NCBI RefSeq assembly: GCF_000150275.1
Contig: NW_002060947.1
Location: 5,433,229 to 5,497,228, forward strand
Length of the DNA stretch: 64,000 bases
Direction of reading: 5' to 3'
Source: Trichoplax adhaerens
Lineage: Eukaryota > Animalia > Placozoa
The notes beneath the pieces were generated by a model. The model worked only from the letters and a program-made list of their open reading frames with translations. It was not told the DNA's origin and searched no databases. Positions 11,906-28,300 of this stretch are shown here, in pieces. Position numbers and translations under genes: made by a program. The first letter of the stretch is position 1. Each line of letters begins with the position of its first letter.

Positions 11906-14900
11906 CAAACGGGTGCAGTAACATAACCATATCTTACCAATTAGGTCGCAAGATCAGATTTACATTTGTTATCGCGATATATTCATAATTCACGCTTTTA
12001 ATTAATTACAGCGTTACAATACAAATCCCACATACTTAAGGCAATCTATTTACGTCACGGAACCTTAATATTAACATCTCATAAGAGTCTTATAATNTTA
12101 GTCATAAAACTTATTCGGGATTGCACTACAATGGTGCTTACAATATACTGTACTGTCCACATAAGTTGAGATGGATCTATATGAGTTTATGTATCAATAG
12201 CTGGCAATTCCTAAGTAACCTAAAAGACAGAATGAGAAAATGAAGTATGTTCCTCTAATCAACTGCATAGGTAATTTGGATAAGCTGCTATTTAATTCTG
12301 AACATCATATTTCAAATATCTTCGCTTCAATCAGATGAGCATTTACATGATGATATACTGTACATTCGGTATCATGAGTCACTTAAGCCTTACGTATTTA
12401 GAGCATATTTACTTAATGTGGAAATAATGACTACAATATAATAATAGTTAATCTTTCATCTTTAATCTAATCGCAAGTCATTATAAGAGTGCTTGTATTA
12501 TGACGACATTAAATACGTATAAAACAATCAACTTTTCTTCCTTTCTAAAATCATTTATGCGACTAACTCATTTCTAACCGACATAAATTTTTATACTATT
12601 TATCAATTTTAATTTTGCTAAATCATGTTGTCATTATCGACAAACATAACTATTTTACGAGTACGATATCATTTTGTTTGTTATTAAATATTGCTTACAA
12701 ATTAGATAATCAATTTAGTCAATCCATATGGTCAGACACGGAATAACTTATTAATAACCAGCCAAACTATTCCTTAATAATTTTATATACCGGTAAATAA
12801 TTACTGGAGTTACGAGAGTGATAATATGTTAGCATACTCATATTAATTTAAACTAGAAAAGATTTCGAATTTTGATTACAGCAAGTGATATTTGGCCAAT
12901 CGTAATATAATTTATGACTACTTTCCTAGGTGAACTTTATTAACATTATTGGCGGTTAGCTCTTAATGGAGGTAGTATCTCTTCAAACACTTACGTTATT
13001 TGAAGATATTTGAATTGATCACTTGTAAATATGAACTAAGTTAACATGTAATAAAGTAAAATCTTACATAAATACAGTAAAATACAATATTATGCAATGA
13101 TCTACTCATAGAACTGATAATATGGAGTGTAAATACGATTGAGTAAGACAGTATAGAACTTTAATTGCTGGTAGGCTGCTTAAACAAGTAAGTCGACCAA
13201 TAATTCTAGTCTAAAAAAGAATATCCAGATAAAATTAGTCGTTTAAAATTGAAAGTATATTAGCAAAATGAACGATAATGTTATATGCATTTACTTCCTG
13301 CAGTCAGATTTTAATTATTCATAAAACAAAATATGGCAGACTACTGTCATTCTTTGGCTTATTTAGCGCCCTCTTTGAATCAATCACCTATCGCTATATT
13401 CTTAGTAGAACACAATCCAGCAGATTGCATGATCTTATTTAACAACATCTTTGAATAACATATCTACTACCATGTTCACAACATACGCGTACATGTCAAT
13501 CCTGCAGGCATTTATTGTTCTCCTGTATTAATTAAGCTATGGCATGATTGGATATAAATTCTACCTAAATATCAATAAATAATTCCATAAAGCAACTTGA
13601 TATGCAGGCATAACCAACTGTAAATACTTATTAAGCATTCATTGGCATGATTTACTTGCTTCTCTAGCCTAATCTTTGGACGGAAGGGCTATTTCTCCAT
13701 TCTTCATAAGTGCCCTTCTATCATGTCGTGATTATGCTATGACCCAATAATAATTAACTCAGCTATAGCCTACAGTAATAATGTATATCGCCAGGTGCTG
13801 TATATAAGCAATTACCGTAGACATTTGATTATTCGATAGACTAGAAAGTGCTTCTTGATTTATTGATGCTTTGCCAAAGGTTATCTAGCATCTATGATCA
13901 TGCAGCGTGCTTCTGTCCTAAAATTATCTGTAGTAGGTCAATCGATATTGACTTGGTTACTTTACTAAAAAACAAACTACAATTTACCTTTGCAAAGCTC
14001 AGCCAGGACTACAAAAAAGAAGGAGGCATAAAAAGTACGTTATAGCTTATGGTGACAGTTATACACTACAGTTCAGTAATCTGTAAAAAAAAATAGTCAG
14101 CCTATCCATTTCTAGTATAGAGAATGATAGAATTGCTTTACTCTCTCCTTTAGTAGCTTCCGATATAGTTTACAGGAAATATTAAACATTTTCTCATGTT
14201 CATGATGAGCTGACCATCAGTATTATTCCAATGCACAGTTTTTATCTATTTCTGTAGGTATTGCACGAATTTTAATGCTGGAAAATCCTTCTTGACTATT
14301 TCTTTAGCCAGTTTGGAGTATATACGCTTACGTGTAAGTAGAATGTTGCAATCATGCTATCGATTACCTTATCAGATTTATTATTTTATGAATAGTTATA
14401 TTGAAATACAATACAATTTCTAATGTTCAGAGTACGGAATAAATCTTTAAATAGGTTAAAAATCAATATTAACCAATTACGCTATTTCAATTAATTTATA
14501 AATTAAAGACAATATCATAACCCTCGTAGAATGGAGACTTCGATGAGAGCTAAAAAAAGTTATCTGGACTAGAAGTCGTGGAAGTATCCGGAAAGTTAAA
14601 TCTTATGACTGACTTCATTTCTCAAAGAGTTTTTCATTCTATAGGGTATTGCCTGCACATAAAAAGTAGATATCGATTATGCAAGTCTTAAATAAGGCTC
14701 ATAAAGTTAACAAAGACGGAAATATCTGCTCGTACATAATTTTAATCTCGTATCACATCTTATATAAATCATTCATGCTAGCAGCGTCGAACATGTCGTT
14801 ACATTAATCATAATAGGAAAAACTAGTTAGTAATTATAATAACAGTTCATATTAAACTTAATATTTTCTATCGAACAAAACTAATAACTAGATATATATG

Positions 14901-15026
14901 TAAATAGAGTTCACCAATCACGGAAGGTATTATTTATCGTAAGTAATCTTACGAAATGCAACAACAAATAATAAACAATATTTTTGCAACAAGCAATAAC
15001 GCCTGAGAAACAATGATCGAACCTTT

Positions 15027-16320
15027 TTAGTATTTTTTGACTGAGGCGTTAGCGTTATACTCGTTTTGCTCATTAGTAACTGTGATATTATAATGGCTGT
15101 TATTTTGGCTGCTACTTCGGCTGCTATTTCGGCTAATACTTGGAGACTGTATACTTGGCGACATTCGAGAACCATTTACTTGGAGTACAGATAAATAGTA
15201 GTGGTCATCAGTACAAATAGTATTATCTCGAGTAGTAATAAGGTTAGGTTGGATGGAACGACTATAACACTTGGTAGCCATATTTCGTACACCACTGACG
15301 CAATGAGCCAAATATCGTCGACAAAATAACGGTAGACAATTAAAACATTTAAAGAACACCCTTCGCAATAACATCACATCAGTGAAAGTATAAATAAATG
15401 GATTAATAGCCGAATTTATAGGCAAAGCTATAATGACAACAAATTGTATTTCAAACACATTACTAGTCTGTTGGATAATGGCACGATATAATGTATAATA
15501 GAATGGTAACCACGAAACTAAATCGGATATAATAATAATAAATAATCGAAATGCAATAGTTTTATCTTTACTCTCTGTTGATCTACGGATCATTTTACTA
15601 CTTTTACGAATGGAATTAAATATTGCAAGATATAAAATGGCAGTAATAAACCAAGCTATGATAGTAATAATGGTATATAAAATAATCCAAGCACGATAAT
15701 AAACATTGATAACATTACTTGGCATGCAAATACTAGAAAAGTAATGTAAGCGTTTATCACCATCTTCATTAATGCTAGTTATTGTTGGAATAATACAAAA
15801 TGTAAATGAGGTTATCCAAGCTGCCAAGATAAGATAACGAGACTGCGATGCTGTTAATTTACGAGTTGAAAATGGAAAAACTAGACATATATAACGATCA
15901 ATAGTAATGATTAACATCATTAAAACCGACATCAGGCTAGAACAAGTACCCAGTAACATCGCAATAGAACATGACCAACTTTTCAACCAAGTTTCAAAGA
16001 TACTTCCATAAATTCCATGGTATGTAAGATCAGCTACAGCAAGAATTAATAAGTAGATTGCAGTCGTAAAGTCTGCCAATGCCAGATTGGCCACGAGTAA
16101 GTGGGGCACTTTTACCGATCGACGTGAATTAATAAAATATTGGACAATAACGCAGATATTACCCACTAACGCAACCAATCCTGTAAACCAGACAAATAAT
16201 TGTAGAGATAAATGTGTTAATAAGTTACGGCATAATGATAGGCCTCGAAAATTTGTCTCGGGAGTGCATGTCGTTACTTTAGACGGAACTGCACAACATA
16301 GGTAATCTCGTGTTGTTGAT
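15027..16320 (-). CDS. Hinge + 7TM + C-tail exon of the LRR-GPCR
   Basis: ORF 15027-16355 with an acceptor at 16321-16322. Hinge YLCC..TCTP..GLSLCRNLL, TM1 GN, TM2 LLVANLALADF, TM3 TIDRY, ECL2 SSICMP, TM6 SDLVSWLP, TM7 PINSAINPFIY. These are typical of LGR/RXFP-type receptors. Confidence 0.95.
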
Positions 16321-19300
16321 CTAGAACAAGAAAAACATAAATTATGATACGTCATATTTAACGTTAGCTGGAATTATACAGCATAGGAATTCTCATAATG
16401 AAGATCTCAAATACGTGTAAGCATAGACATAAGTCTGAAGAGAGCATAATATAGTAGAACTTAGACTGTAATATTACACATGAATAACCTCACTTCTAAC
16501 AATCTAAAACAAAACAACAGAAAGATGAAAATGTTAATCTGATGGGAACACGGGTAACCCGTTACGTCAGTTGGAATTCTGGTCATGGTAAGTAATCTAG
16601 TTACAAAAATGCAACTATTAAAATAAAAGAATATATTCCCGACGTATAAGATAAAATTTGCAATAAATTAATGTTCATCTAATGTAGCAATCTCTATTAC
16701 CCGAGGTTATTGAAACATCTCTCAATGCCATACATTTTATCGTTACGTTTATATGACTATACCTGATTTTTACTGACCTCTATATTACAATTTAAAAATT
16801 TTGCATTATCTGTTGACAAGTTTCTAGCATTTAATGTTTATTAATAAAAGTATATAATATCTCACTATCATTCTAATTATTAATGATGATACTGTAAATA
16901 AATTAATATTAACTATTAAAGATTTGAGCAAGGATCTAAATATACCGTCCACATCCTACTTTCGAGAGAAGTTCAGTAACGTATCAATAAAATCATTCTG
17001 CTTTTGTCCTGACAATATAGACGTTTATTGTATTACTGACTCTTAACATCACCAAATCAATGTTTCTACTGATCTTTATAATAATTTTAATGCTTATTAA
17101 AAGTATATGATCAAAGCTATCCGAATAAGTAGGAGATATACAAATCCTACTACTGCTATAAAATAATATTTCTTGATTATGGCTGTAAGCGTAGTAGGAT
17201 TTTTTCTTTCCAATAACATTTCGAGAGTAAATATTGTTAACAATAATATGTAGGGCATATAACAGACAGTGGCATCGCAAAAATATCTAGCAAACTCTCA
17301 TTATACACCTAAAGGCATGCAATAAAACATATATTATTAAATATTATATTTCCTATATATTAAAAGTGTTCATCAGACACACAAACATTTTATATGAACA
17401 TAAACTTACACCGACTGTAATAAAACCGGCCCATAAAATGATTCATGGGTTAAACTGACCAAACTATTTCGACGCATAGATCTAAACAGACAGATAAACA
17501 GCAAAAGCATGTCTAGTTAGCATTACTACTGTGTATTGGCTTAGTTACTGACAGAATAGCAATATTCAGTATACTATTTTCCGAACAGCTGTTATATAAA
17601 TTGGGGGATATAGTCTATTTATATACTTTCGGATAATAAAGATTCATCATCTTAATAATAGTCATAGACACACAAGAATTAACGGCTCCTTATTATACGA
17701 AAGTAATGTAATCATAGTAGCATTCAACTAGTAAAATTGAAAATCATTTTATCAGAGATAAAATCGATGAAATTTGTAATTTTCGTCAGATGCGACATTG
17801 AAGTTAAGAATATATAATCAAATTCTCTGTTAAAATCACTGTGTTTTATTCATATAATATATAAATAATCGGCTTAGAAAATAGCACGTTCATTTTAATC
17901 TCTTATGCTTGGTACGCCAAATGCCATAAAATACGTAACTAGGGCAACAATACGTGTGATGATATTACTACATCTATCAGATCTATCCAATGTTCCATCA
18001 CCAGTCATATAAATGATACAGAAACATTAACTGCATTATTACGATCATATATTTATCTGCATGTTACGTGCATAATTTTGATATTTAGTTCAACTCTTGA
18101 TGAAATTAGATGCGTCAATGATAACTATTATCAAAACCATTACTGATAGACAAGTATGTAAACAGACTTCGCTTCACTTCCGCTGGGATGAATAAAATCT
18201 ATGTCTAATTTCAGAATTGAGTCAGTAAGGATGATAATTAATGGTAATACATTCTAATTTAGCCTACGTTCATAACATAGATAAAACTAATTTAATTTAA
18301 TTTTGGACATATAATGGAGTAAATATGCTGATTTTAGTTATATATAGAAATATAGTAATCGATAATATTTTGATAACATGCTAACTAAGTTTTTTTAAAT
18401 TATAATAGGTACGATTTAAAAGACTCTTGTTCATGATCTGATCTCTAGTTGATAAATAAGGCATATAACTTAAGTAGCTTTTGTATCCTAGTAAAGAGAG
18501 ATAATTCTCCGAATTATTGATCTAATGTTGTAGAAAGTTTTGTTTATCAAAGCTAGCTATTCTGCAAACGAGCTAATTTGATGTATGTACAGATCCTGTA
18601 ATAAAATCTACATATATTTATTCGAAATCTTTAGCGATCGCTAGTGGCTTTTAATCAGAGAAATAGGTATTAGTACATACGCCTACTTACACTGCCTGTA
18701 AATTTGATAATCCTCTAAAGCAGCCAGATGTTAAAGAACGAATTCTATTGTTATCAGCATACCTAGATTTAATAAAATTAACCAATGATTAGTATGCTAA
18801 TTTCTTTACAACAGTTAGCTATAAACTGATGATCACAATAAAATCATACAAGTATTCCAATTTAGGAAAAACGCCAGGAATATAATTTGTTGCACAAATG
18901 TCATGAAAGTTATTTTGAGAGATATTCCTATAATCAATTAAATATGAAAAAAGTAAATGTAAATGAAATATTTTAGATAATTTTGGCTTTATCTCTTCAA
19001 GACTAACAGTAATTCAAGTCCATTCAGACAAATTTTGCTAGATTCTGGAAACGCTGACAAAAAATTATGGCTTAAATCGCTGAAAAAGATAAGACAAGCC
19101 TTTGCGTAAGAACGAAATAGAAGAACGTTACAATGTATTGATGAACCATATTTATTCATACAATACTGGAAATAAATGGACAATATCAATTCCTAGATGA
19201 ATATATCACAAACATATTGACTATAAGGCCCACAGGCAATATTTCCATAACTTCTAATTAACATAACATCAAAAAATGTCGATATTTTTATATTATAAAT

Positions 19301-22300
19301 ATGGCTTACAGTCTTTCTAAGTTATCTTCAGAATCTTTAAACAAGATACTGGAATCGAAGGTATAGAATTTATTGTATTGCAAATTCCTGAAAAGAGAAA
19401 ATATAAAAAATATTTTTAAGTCTCATGTACCATAATGTTAAGCGTTATGTAATTCCATAAACCAAGTACTAACAATGACAGTAGGAATCCGCGCAAGTGT
19501 TGAAATGTGCCGTTAGGCAAAGTGGATAAATTGCTTCTTGCAATATTTCTGATGAAAACAGACATGAAAGAAACCTTCATAAGTCATCGTTAAGTTTCTT
19601 CAAAAAGACGTGCAGTTACCCTAATGTAGCGATTAGAGCTTGATAACTTACATTTCGAATGTAAAGCAGTCGCGACCGACGGTATTCAGATTGCACCAAT
19701 ACGGAGGTTGTATAGCGGAGACAATTTCGATTATAGTGCTAGTAGTCATATTGTTATTCCCAAAAGATCTAAAGGATGACAGAGCATTCGTTGATTCTCA
19801 TTATAAACTTGCATAGTAATTATGAAAGAAGAAATTAAAAATAGCATGAAAGCTGATATTTTAAAAATTTCTTCATATTTCCTTCAGTATGGTAAATAAC
19901 TAAAAGAATATTATCATAGCAGAATAGCTGCCCAAGAATCAATATCAATTACTAATGTGTAATTTTCTGCCTCAACAGTTTAGTTATACGGTATTTACGA
20001 TAGACCAAAATTGCATATCAATTGCAGTATATGAATAGCACTTACAATTGTCTCAAATGAGTGGCTAATTTGAAAAATTCAACTGGTAGAGAGATGATAT
20101 CGTTGCCAGAAATGTCACTAATACAAAGCGAAAGTTGATAGAGCAAAATCTCAACGACAGTATTACTTATGGATTTCTTGAAATAATCAATATCAAAAAC
20201 TTTTAACCGATTATTGATGACTTACATGCTTTTTAATCGTTTATCCTTTATATTAATCAGAACATTTTGGTAAAAATTTCCTAAGTAGCTTTCCAGATGA
20301 TTGTTGGCAACACCTCTTTAAATTTACATAGAGTTATGTGATCTAGTTTATTTGATAACGATATGATTTACACCTTTAATAAGTTAAAATATTTTATGTT
20401 CACTCACACGGCATACATATGCTCTAACGTATGTTTACAAGGTGCAGAAATAGTCTTAAATTCATTGCCATTCATATATCTGTAAAATAAAATTATATAT
20501 TAACGATTAAAAATTTTAATGTTTACATCAGTTATATATTTACGAATTATTAGGTTAATATCATCATTGCTATATGAACATAAAAACCCCCAACATCGAC
20601 ATTCGATAAATATAATGTCAATTCTTGGCTCATACTGCAACCGCTGACGAGCAAGATACATGTACAACAGCGTTCTATGGCTCCAATTAGACCTCAAACT
20701 CAATTTTCTCTATAGCAACTTAAATTACTATATGTGATCATCAACGTTTTATACCATCAAGTCTATGAAGGAAAGATGTTCACATCGCAAACGTAACATA
20801 GTCATCCCTAGATATCCTACCATAACGTCACTGATAACAATTTATTTTCTCTCAGCATTATCTACATATTCAATGTAGATAACGGCATATATTTGCATAT
20901 ATTATCAGTTTATCTAATTTTTGTCCTCACAGCTAAACTTTAGATAACCTATAAAGTAAGCGACTGATAATAATTTATTCTTGTCTAAATGTTAGCAGGT
21001 AATCTAATTCATGTCCATACGGCTACGCTATAAATTTAGTTGTTTTTCAATGAGAATTTACGGTTAATAACCTAAGGAAATATATGTATTTAGTGGTGGC
21101 TGTCCGACAACAGAAAATTGTCAGCAGCTGCAACATAACTTAGTATTGGTTTATAGATCAATATTAGCCATGTTTAGTATAATGTACTGTAGCTTAGCCT
21201 ACTAAGTTTAATAGAAGACGTACTTAGTATTCAATAAGCATAAACCATAAATGAATATTTTATGTTAGAGTACAGACGACCATACACCGTAGAGTGCTAA
21301 ATCACTATTAANNNNNNNNNNNNNNNNNNNNNNNNNNNNNNNNNNNNNNNNNNNNNNNNNNATAAAGTAAGATGGAACATTTGTATGCTGATTGTAGCTG
21401 CATGTGATACCCAGAGTATATCAGCAGCCGACTTAAACCAGAAAATCAATAATCATTTTCATTCTGGCTCGATTTATCTAAGTATAAATTTTATTTTAGA
21501 ACTAAAGAGGATAATTAGGTGTCATTTTAAAAGAGTTTTGTTAGCGGAGATAGTACTTTATGTAACAAGTCTTGGTTTGTAACACTAGTATGAAATATTG
21601 GCCGTCAGCTGAAAAATATTCAAGTTAAAGTGTTAACTAAGGATAATTAACAGGTAAGTACACATGGAACAATAAATGGTCATCTGAGCGTCTAGATATA
21701 GCATGAGCTTAAAATTAAGGCTTAACGACTTACAAATTTTTAATACCCTCAGGAATTGATTCACACCGCCAGTCAGAAATCCGATTATTATTTAATGATC
21801 TGTTTGATATGATATAGAATATTTATAACTTTTAGTTTGAAGTTATACCATAGAATCATATGCTAGCAGATCTTTATTTTAATTCTTAGATATGATTCAG
21901 TATAAAATATGAAGTTAAAAGTCGAGAAAGTGCATTAATCTTACATGGTAGTTAATTTATTTGCACCGCTAAAAGCATGACGGCCTATGATTTTAATGTT
22001 ATTTCTGTCCAAGTTGCTTTTCGTTATTACAATTAAAGACAAGAAGTCAAATATAAGTTTCAATATATCTAAGACTTATAGCTTTATAAATCAGCATATA
22101 CCGCTTTTCATTTAGAACATTCACGTGTAAAGATATTTTCAATTTATTGCACTTCACAATATACAAATCCAGTTAAAGTTAATGTCGATATATAACCTCT
22201 GCATTCATCACCAAAAATATGCTATTTTTGGTGACGACAAATTTTCGTCGCTTGAATCAAAATGATAACAAATTTGCGGCAGTTATAAAGTAAGTTATTG

Positions 22301-25300
22301 TATTTACATATCTTCAACAAGCATTTGATCATCATAATGATTTCGTAATGATAGCGTAAAGAATCTAATAATAAGGAATTGCTATTACAAATAAAAAACA
22401 TGTATACAAATTTATCTGCAGTATATAGTCTCTGCACCCCCACTAATATGGTACTAAAATCAAAATAATCTTGCAAAAAATTTACATTTAAGCAGATCAA
22501 ATGAAACTATCTCCTAACAAAACCAATCATTATTCACGAACAATAGAGCATTACCGCATATGACAGATTCTTTCTTAGCTCAGAATTTAAAATAACCTAA
22601 TACTAGTTATTGTAATAGCATAACAACTTACATCGTCTTTAATTTCTTAAGGTGTTTCAAAGGAGAAGCTTCTAATGTGATAATTGAATTTCCTTGTAAA
22701 TCTCTGATGTATTACAAATTAAATCAAATTAATCAACAGCTTGAGACTCAAAACCCTGAAAGTAGCCTATAAGAATATATTGATTAAAATATCTCACAGT
22801 TGCAGTAAAGACGCCAAATCTTGATGAAATGAGATGTTAACATCAACGACTTTATTGTTATCCAAACTCCTAATCAAATCGAAAAAATGATGATAATATT
22901 TCTAAGCTTTCCCAACATATGTTACTTTCATTATACCATTTCCGATATAGTAGCTTATCCTCTTTGTCAATTTGAAAACTCACAATTTTTGTAGAGATTT
23001 TAAACCTTGAAATGCGCCTGAAAGAATCACTCTGATATCGTTATTTCCCAAGTTTCTGTAAAGTTTTATAAATTAAAAAGGAGAAATTTATGCATATATA
23101 ACTACGGTTAATATTTGACAAAATACCGCAGCAAAATTTAAAATTACTCTATAACGATAACAAACTGATAATGTAAAAATTGTAAACTTAGTAATAAATT
23201 CAAAATATATTTTATCTAAATAAGAGATCATTCATATCTTAGAAGTGACTGAGTGATGAGGAATTGCATTGTAGTTACTGTACAAAGCAAACTATACCCA
23301 TATATCATATAGCTATCCGTAAGATAAGAGATAGATTAGAACTGGCCATATCAATGCATAACTAACATAGTAAGAGCAATTAAAACGCGCAAATTATGCA
23401 TGTGGAACTACCATCAAATTTTAAAAAATATTCTGCTGCAATTCAAAATTATTCTACGATGCAAACAAAATTATAACAAAGAAATTATTAACTAATTGAT
23501 AAAATAAAAGTAATTTTATCCATATATGGGATTATTTATAACTGGAAGGTAGCTAAGTGATGCTGAATTGTACTGTAATAGCTATATAAAGTAAAACTGC
23601 ACACATTGGTCACACAGCTATCCGTAGGATAAGAGATAGGGTGGAACCCAGCAATGTCAATACAGAAAACAAGCGTTACAAGGATAATTCTCTTTATTAG
23701 CAAACCACATGGTAGATTAGCTAGCTTAGCAATAGAAAATTAAAGTTATTCATATAATCTCCTTACGCTATAACTTTGGCCATGACACCCACTTACAAGT
23801 TATCTAAATTGAGATTTGATTGAAATATCCCATTACTTAATAAGACAAGACGATTATTACGCAAGGACCTATATGGTGTTGTTTAAGACAAGTGATGAAA
23901 GTTTATACGATTGATTTGTGGTATTAATTTATAGCGACACCTAAATAGCAAATAATTACAATGATTTTAAACTTTTTAAGTAGGATAAATCTGTTGATAG
24001 AAGTACCATTATCCTGTTATCATTGATGTTCCTGATGGCATCATAAATATAAATCAGTAATCATTTGTTATATCAACAAAAAATTAGCTGGCTTACAATT
24101 TCTCTAAATAAGTCAGGTATCTACTAAAGCGTAAATTTTCCAAGATATTGAACGATAAATCCCTGCTCAAAATACGCAGTAAAAGAAATAGTAAAAATAT
24201 ATTAATCGCTCTCTGTCTTTTATCAATTTTTATGGAGCCTAATAATAATAGTATTTTGTAGTTTAAGGAAAAATTCGGAATATTATATAGAATTAATGTA
24301 TACTCACATATAAGTTAGCTTGTGACAGTTTTGAAATGTATCAGTCCGAATATTAGAAATATCATTGTCCCGGAATATCCTGTTAGATATCGAAATTGAT
24401 AATAATGTTGGCAAATATTTCTAGACATATGTTTCATGAATGAATTCTGTTATTAAATCTTTAAAGTTTAATTAATAGATAGTTTCCTCATGATATAAGG
24501 ACACTTACAAATTTCTAATCATGTCTCCGTTAATCCAACTATCAAGTATATTCTTGTCAAGTCGATGAAGATTATTGTGACTTAAATCGCTAGTCGTGGT
24601 AGTGTATGTAAAATATTTTGGTGATTAAATTACTTAGGTACTTATTTAGAATCACTCTCACGATCTAAGTGTAGGCATAAAATATAACAAACATCTAGTG
24701 AAATGTGATAGTTACGGAATTTATAGTAGTCATTGAAATCCTATCTTTTAAGTTACTGATTTGCAAAGATGGAAAGTGATACATTCATAAATGATTCAAT
24801 GTAGCTAATACTTACAGCCAGCGAAATTCTGACATTACTATAATCTAATGTAACAATATTATATTTATTTAGTCTAAATTTCTCTATAAGTCTAGATTTT
24901 AGAGCTGATACACTGAACATATAACATCTAAGCTAAAAGAAGATGAATGAGTAACGGATCTAATCAAATAGATATTGCATTGCTAATTCGATTTCTACTG
25001 AATTTAATTTAAAATCGGACATAACAAAAAGGAAAAGCTAGACTTTTTTCATATCTTGTAACCTGTAAAGGTTTACAGGACTAATGATTGGTAAATAACA
25101 TAGAATCTATTAAGCATCTCCTGAAAATACTGGATAATAGTATAACAGCTAAGCAAATTAGAGTAAAGTTGTAGGAAGTCAAATTGGGAGTAGCAACATT
25201 AAATTACTCAAACTAAGAAAATTTTATCAATTTAATCCTACTGTTCTAGATATTATTCGCATCTTCAAGTGACAATTGCAATAATATCATCAAATAGAGC

Positions 25301-28300
25301 CTCTAAAATATGATTCAACATGCCTGATAATTCTAAGATAGCATGCTAAAAGAAGTGCGTAACTTATTCATTAATAATCTCTCGTAATCATTAGACATCA
25401 AGATTGCTAATAAATACTTTATCTTACAAAAATTTGTTATAAAATTTAATATTATTTGTTACATACAGTGTAGTTAGTGTGGTCAAATTCTTCAATTTGA
25501 GTACTTTAGATTCATCAAAAGCGTTACCGGATAAATTCCTAAAGAGAAAATTCTATATTATAGTAATATTAATCTATAAATTACAAAGACTTAAAGTATT
25601 GATAATCTCAGCAAATTGGTTAAAAATGTTTGTTCTTTCATTATGTTGTATAAGACCTTCCTAATTTAATATTTTAATATTAAAAATCCTAGCTAACAAT
25701 TTATGATGTACGTGTATACCAGAAACTAATATCAACTAGTTATCATTAGTGTTCTTTCTACCTATAGAAGTTTGCAAGAATTATTTGTTTAAATGATATT
25801 TTTATGTTTGTAATGATTGACTTACAAGACTTGAAGGCGGATCATCGAGTTGATAGATGGTATAGAATTGACATTGCCATTCGATAAATCTCTGCGATGT
25901 TATAATAGCGATGCCGATAATTAAAACTTCGACAGATGATATTTAAATTAATTACTTAAAATACTTGATATTTAGAGTTATCGGATAACTACAGTACACC
26001 TACAGTTTTGTGATATTTTTCCATATCTCGCTTCCAACTGCTTTGACCTCTGTTATGATATTAGAATCAATTTTCCTGTAAATTGGCATTTATGTATTGT
26101 AAAATAAAATCGAAAATTTTATCTTTGCCAGGATTTCATGATCTATATCGTAATAATTTAAACTATATAATAATTTTAATCGTAAAATACTGTAATGGTC
26201 TTATCAATGATATCATCAATTTCCCATTATTTAAGCATATGACAGAATTTTTTTCAATTTTCTATTCGATAGAATAAGAATTTTATAATTTGAAATCACT
26301 CAATTTAGCTATCGAGATTTTGTAAAAGCTATTAGGATTATAACTTACAGATCTTGTAGAGCAGGACAGAATGATTCAAAAATTTCCGCTGGATTACTTA
26401 TGCGGTTTCCTCCTAGCCAACTAAATAGTATGTAATCATAATTATTGGCATTCGTTAGCACAGTATCTTTTCGGAGAAGACAGACAGTTATTAAAGTTGT
26501 TACATTATTAGGCTATATCGCAACTGAATAAATTAGATAAACAGAGAAATTACTCATGACTACTTTACTCTATGCAACTTACAGATATTTTAATTGATCA
26601 AGTCCACAAAATGCATCTTGACTTATTATTTTAATAGCGTTGTTTCTTATTTGTCTAGTTGAAACATATATGTGCAAAACACTTAGTACTCAGACTAAAA
26701 TAATATCCATTCATTGATACGAGGAAATCTCAACAAAAACTCCAATTTGATATCGCAATCAATTAATTAATTAATGTATTAATGCAAAAATTTGCGTCGA
26801 TATTCTAATGAATTAGCTTACAGTCTTTGTAATTGAGTTAAGCCTTCAAATGGACAGTGTTGAAGATGTACAATATTATTTTCGTCTAAAATGCTGGATA
26901 AGTATCGTGATTTAATATGCAATTCAACATGAATAGTACATAGTAAGCCATATCTATGAATACTTACAGCTTTTGTAGCTGGTTTAAATCTCGGAACATG
27001 CTGTTGTTGATTGATACCAGATAATTATATGATAAATCTCTGTAATTAATAGAAAGTAATCTATTAAACACGAATCAAGAATTCATAGTGTACCATTAAT
27101 TCTACAGCATGTTTTAGTTTGAATGAAGGAATAAAAAGAATATGATCATTTACAATTCCTGCAAAGTTGAAAGACCAATCAACGCATCATCCTCAATTAA
27201 CGAGAGACGGTTGGAGCTTAGATCACTAATTAAATATGATAGATTTGAAGGATTTTGGTTAGTTTTCGTTATTTTATCGTCTATTCTTAACTTACTTAAA
27301 CTAAAAGTCACATTTTAAATTGATTATTTACACACTACTGCACGAATTTCACTGTATATAATGTCATAAGCTGCGCATACATTGTTTCTATCGTCTTCAA
27401 GCCTTCCAAAACACGATTTTCTAATCTGCTAATTTCGTTTACTGATAGATCTCTAGGCATCATTAATCGAATTTTAAGCAATTAATACCACAATCATCTT
27501 CTTGAAATGCTTGCTATGAATTATAAATGTTCTTGAAGACTATTTACAATGTTTTCAATTGCACCAAATCCTGGAATTGATTGGGCTTCAAGCCAGTGAT
27601 TTTGTTAAAATATAGATTTCTGGGGTAATGACGATCAGAAATATTATATGACATTAAATTCTGTTTTAATGATTGTTACTCTACGCAAATATAGCAATTG
27701 CACTGCGAAATTTAATTTTCAAAATTTTTACAGCGAAATCATAAACTTACAAAGTCTGCAATTGATTAAGCCCTTGAAATGTCACATTTACCATGAAACG
27801 GATATTGTTATATGGCAATTGCCTGCCACAAAATATGGTTAATATTATTAGTAAGTACAAGTTTGTTATTTGCTATAAGATTATAGAGAGATTTAAGAAA
27901 AGAATTTTTTTTGTTGATCAAAAATGTTTCTGCTCAATTCTGTTTCAAATTAGTAATTTCCGATTTACAATATCATTATGGAATAAGAATCATCATTACT
28001 AAATACAGAATAGCAATGACTATGAAAGTAAGCAATTTAGCCGCAATCTTTGACCGCATTATAATAAGGACAGATATATCGAAGCGAAGCTTTGAAAACT
28101 GCGATAGGAATATTATGACTATACAGTAGATATGTAATAGTGAACAGTAATTAATTTTCTCTAGCTTCATTAAGTAGCACATTTATATCCGTAGCTTCTT
28201 AAAATAAGGCAAATTCAGAAGGCAATTTAAGAACGACAAAGCTATTGCAGATTTCCGTGAAAAGCTGCCGAAATAGCTAGTAATGTTTATTCTATAAACT

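Noticed and set aside
25077-25148. Exactly 72-nt open ag..gt segment in the LRR array
   Set aside because: The phase-2 translation (CYTIIQYFQEMLNRFYVIYQSLVL) lacks the LRR consensus, so it was not counted as an LRR exon, although it could be a decayed one.
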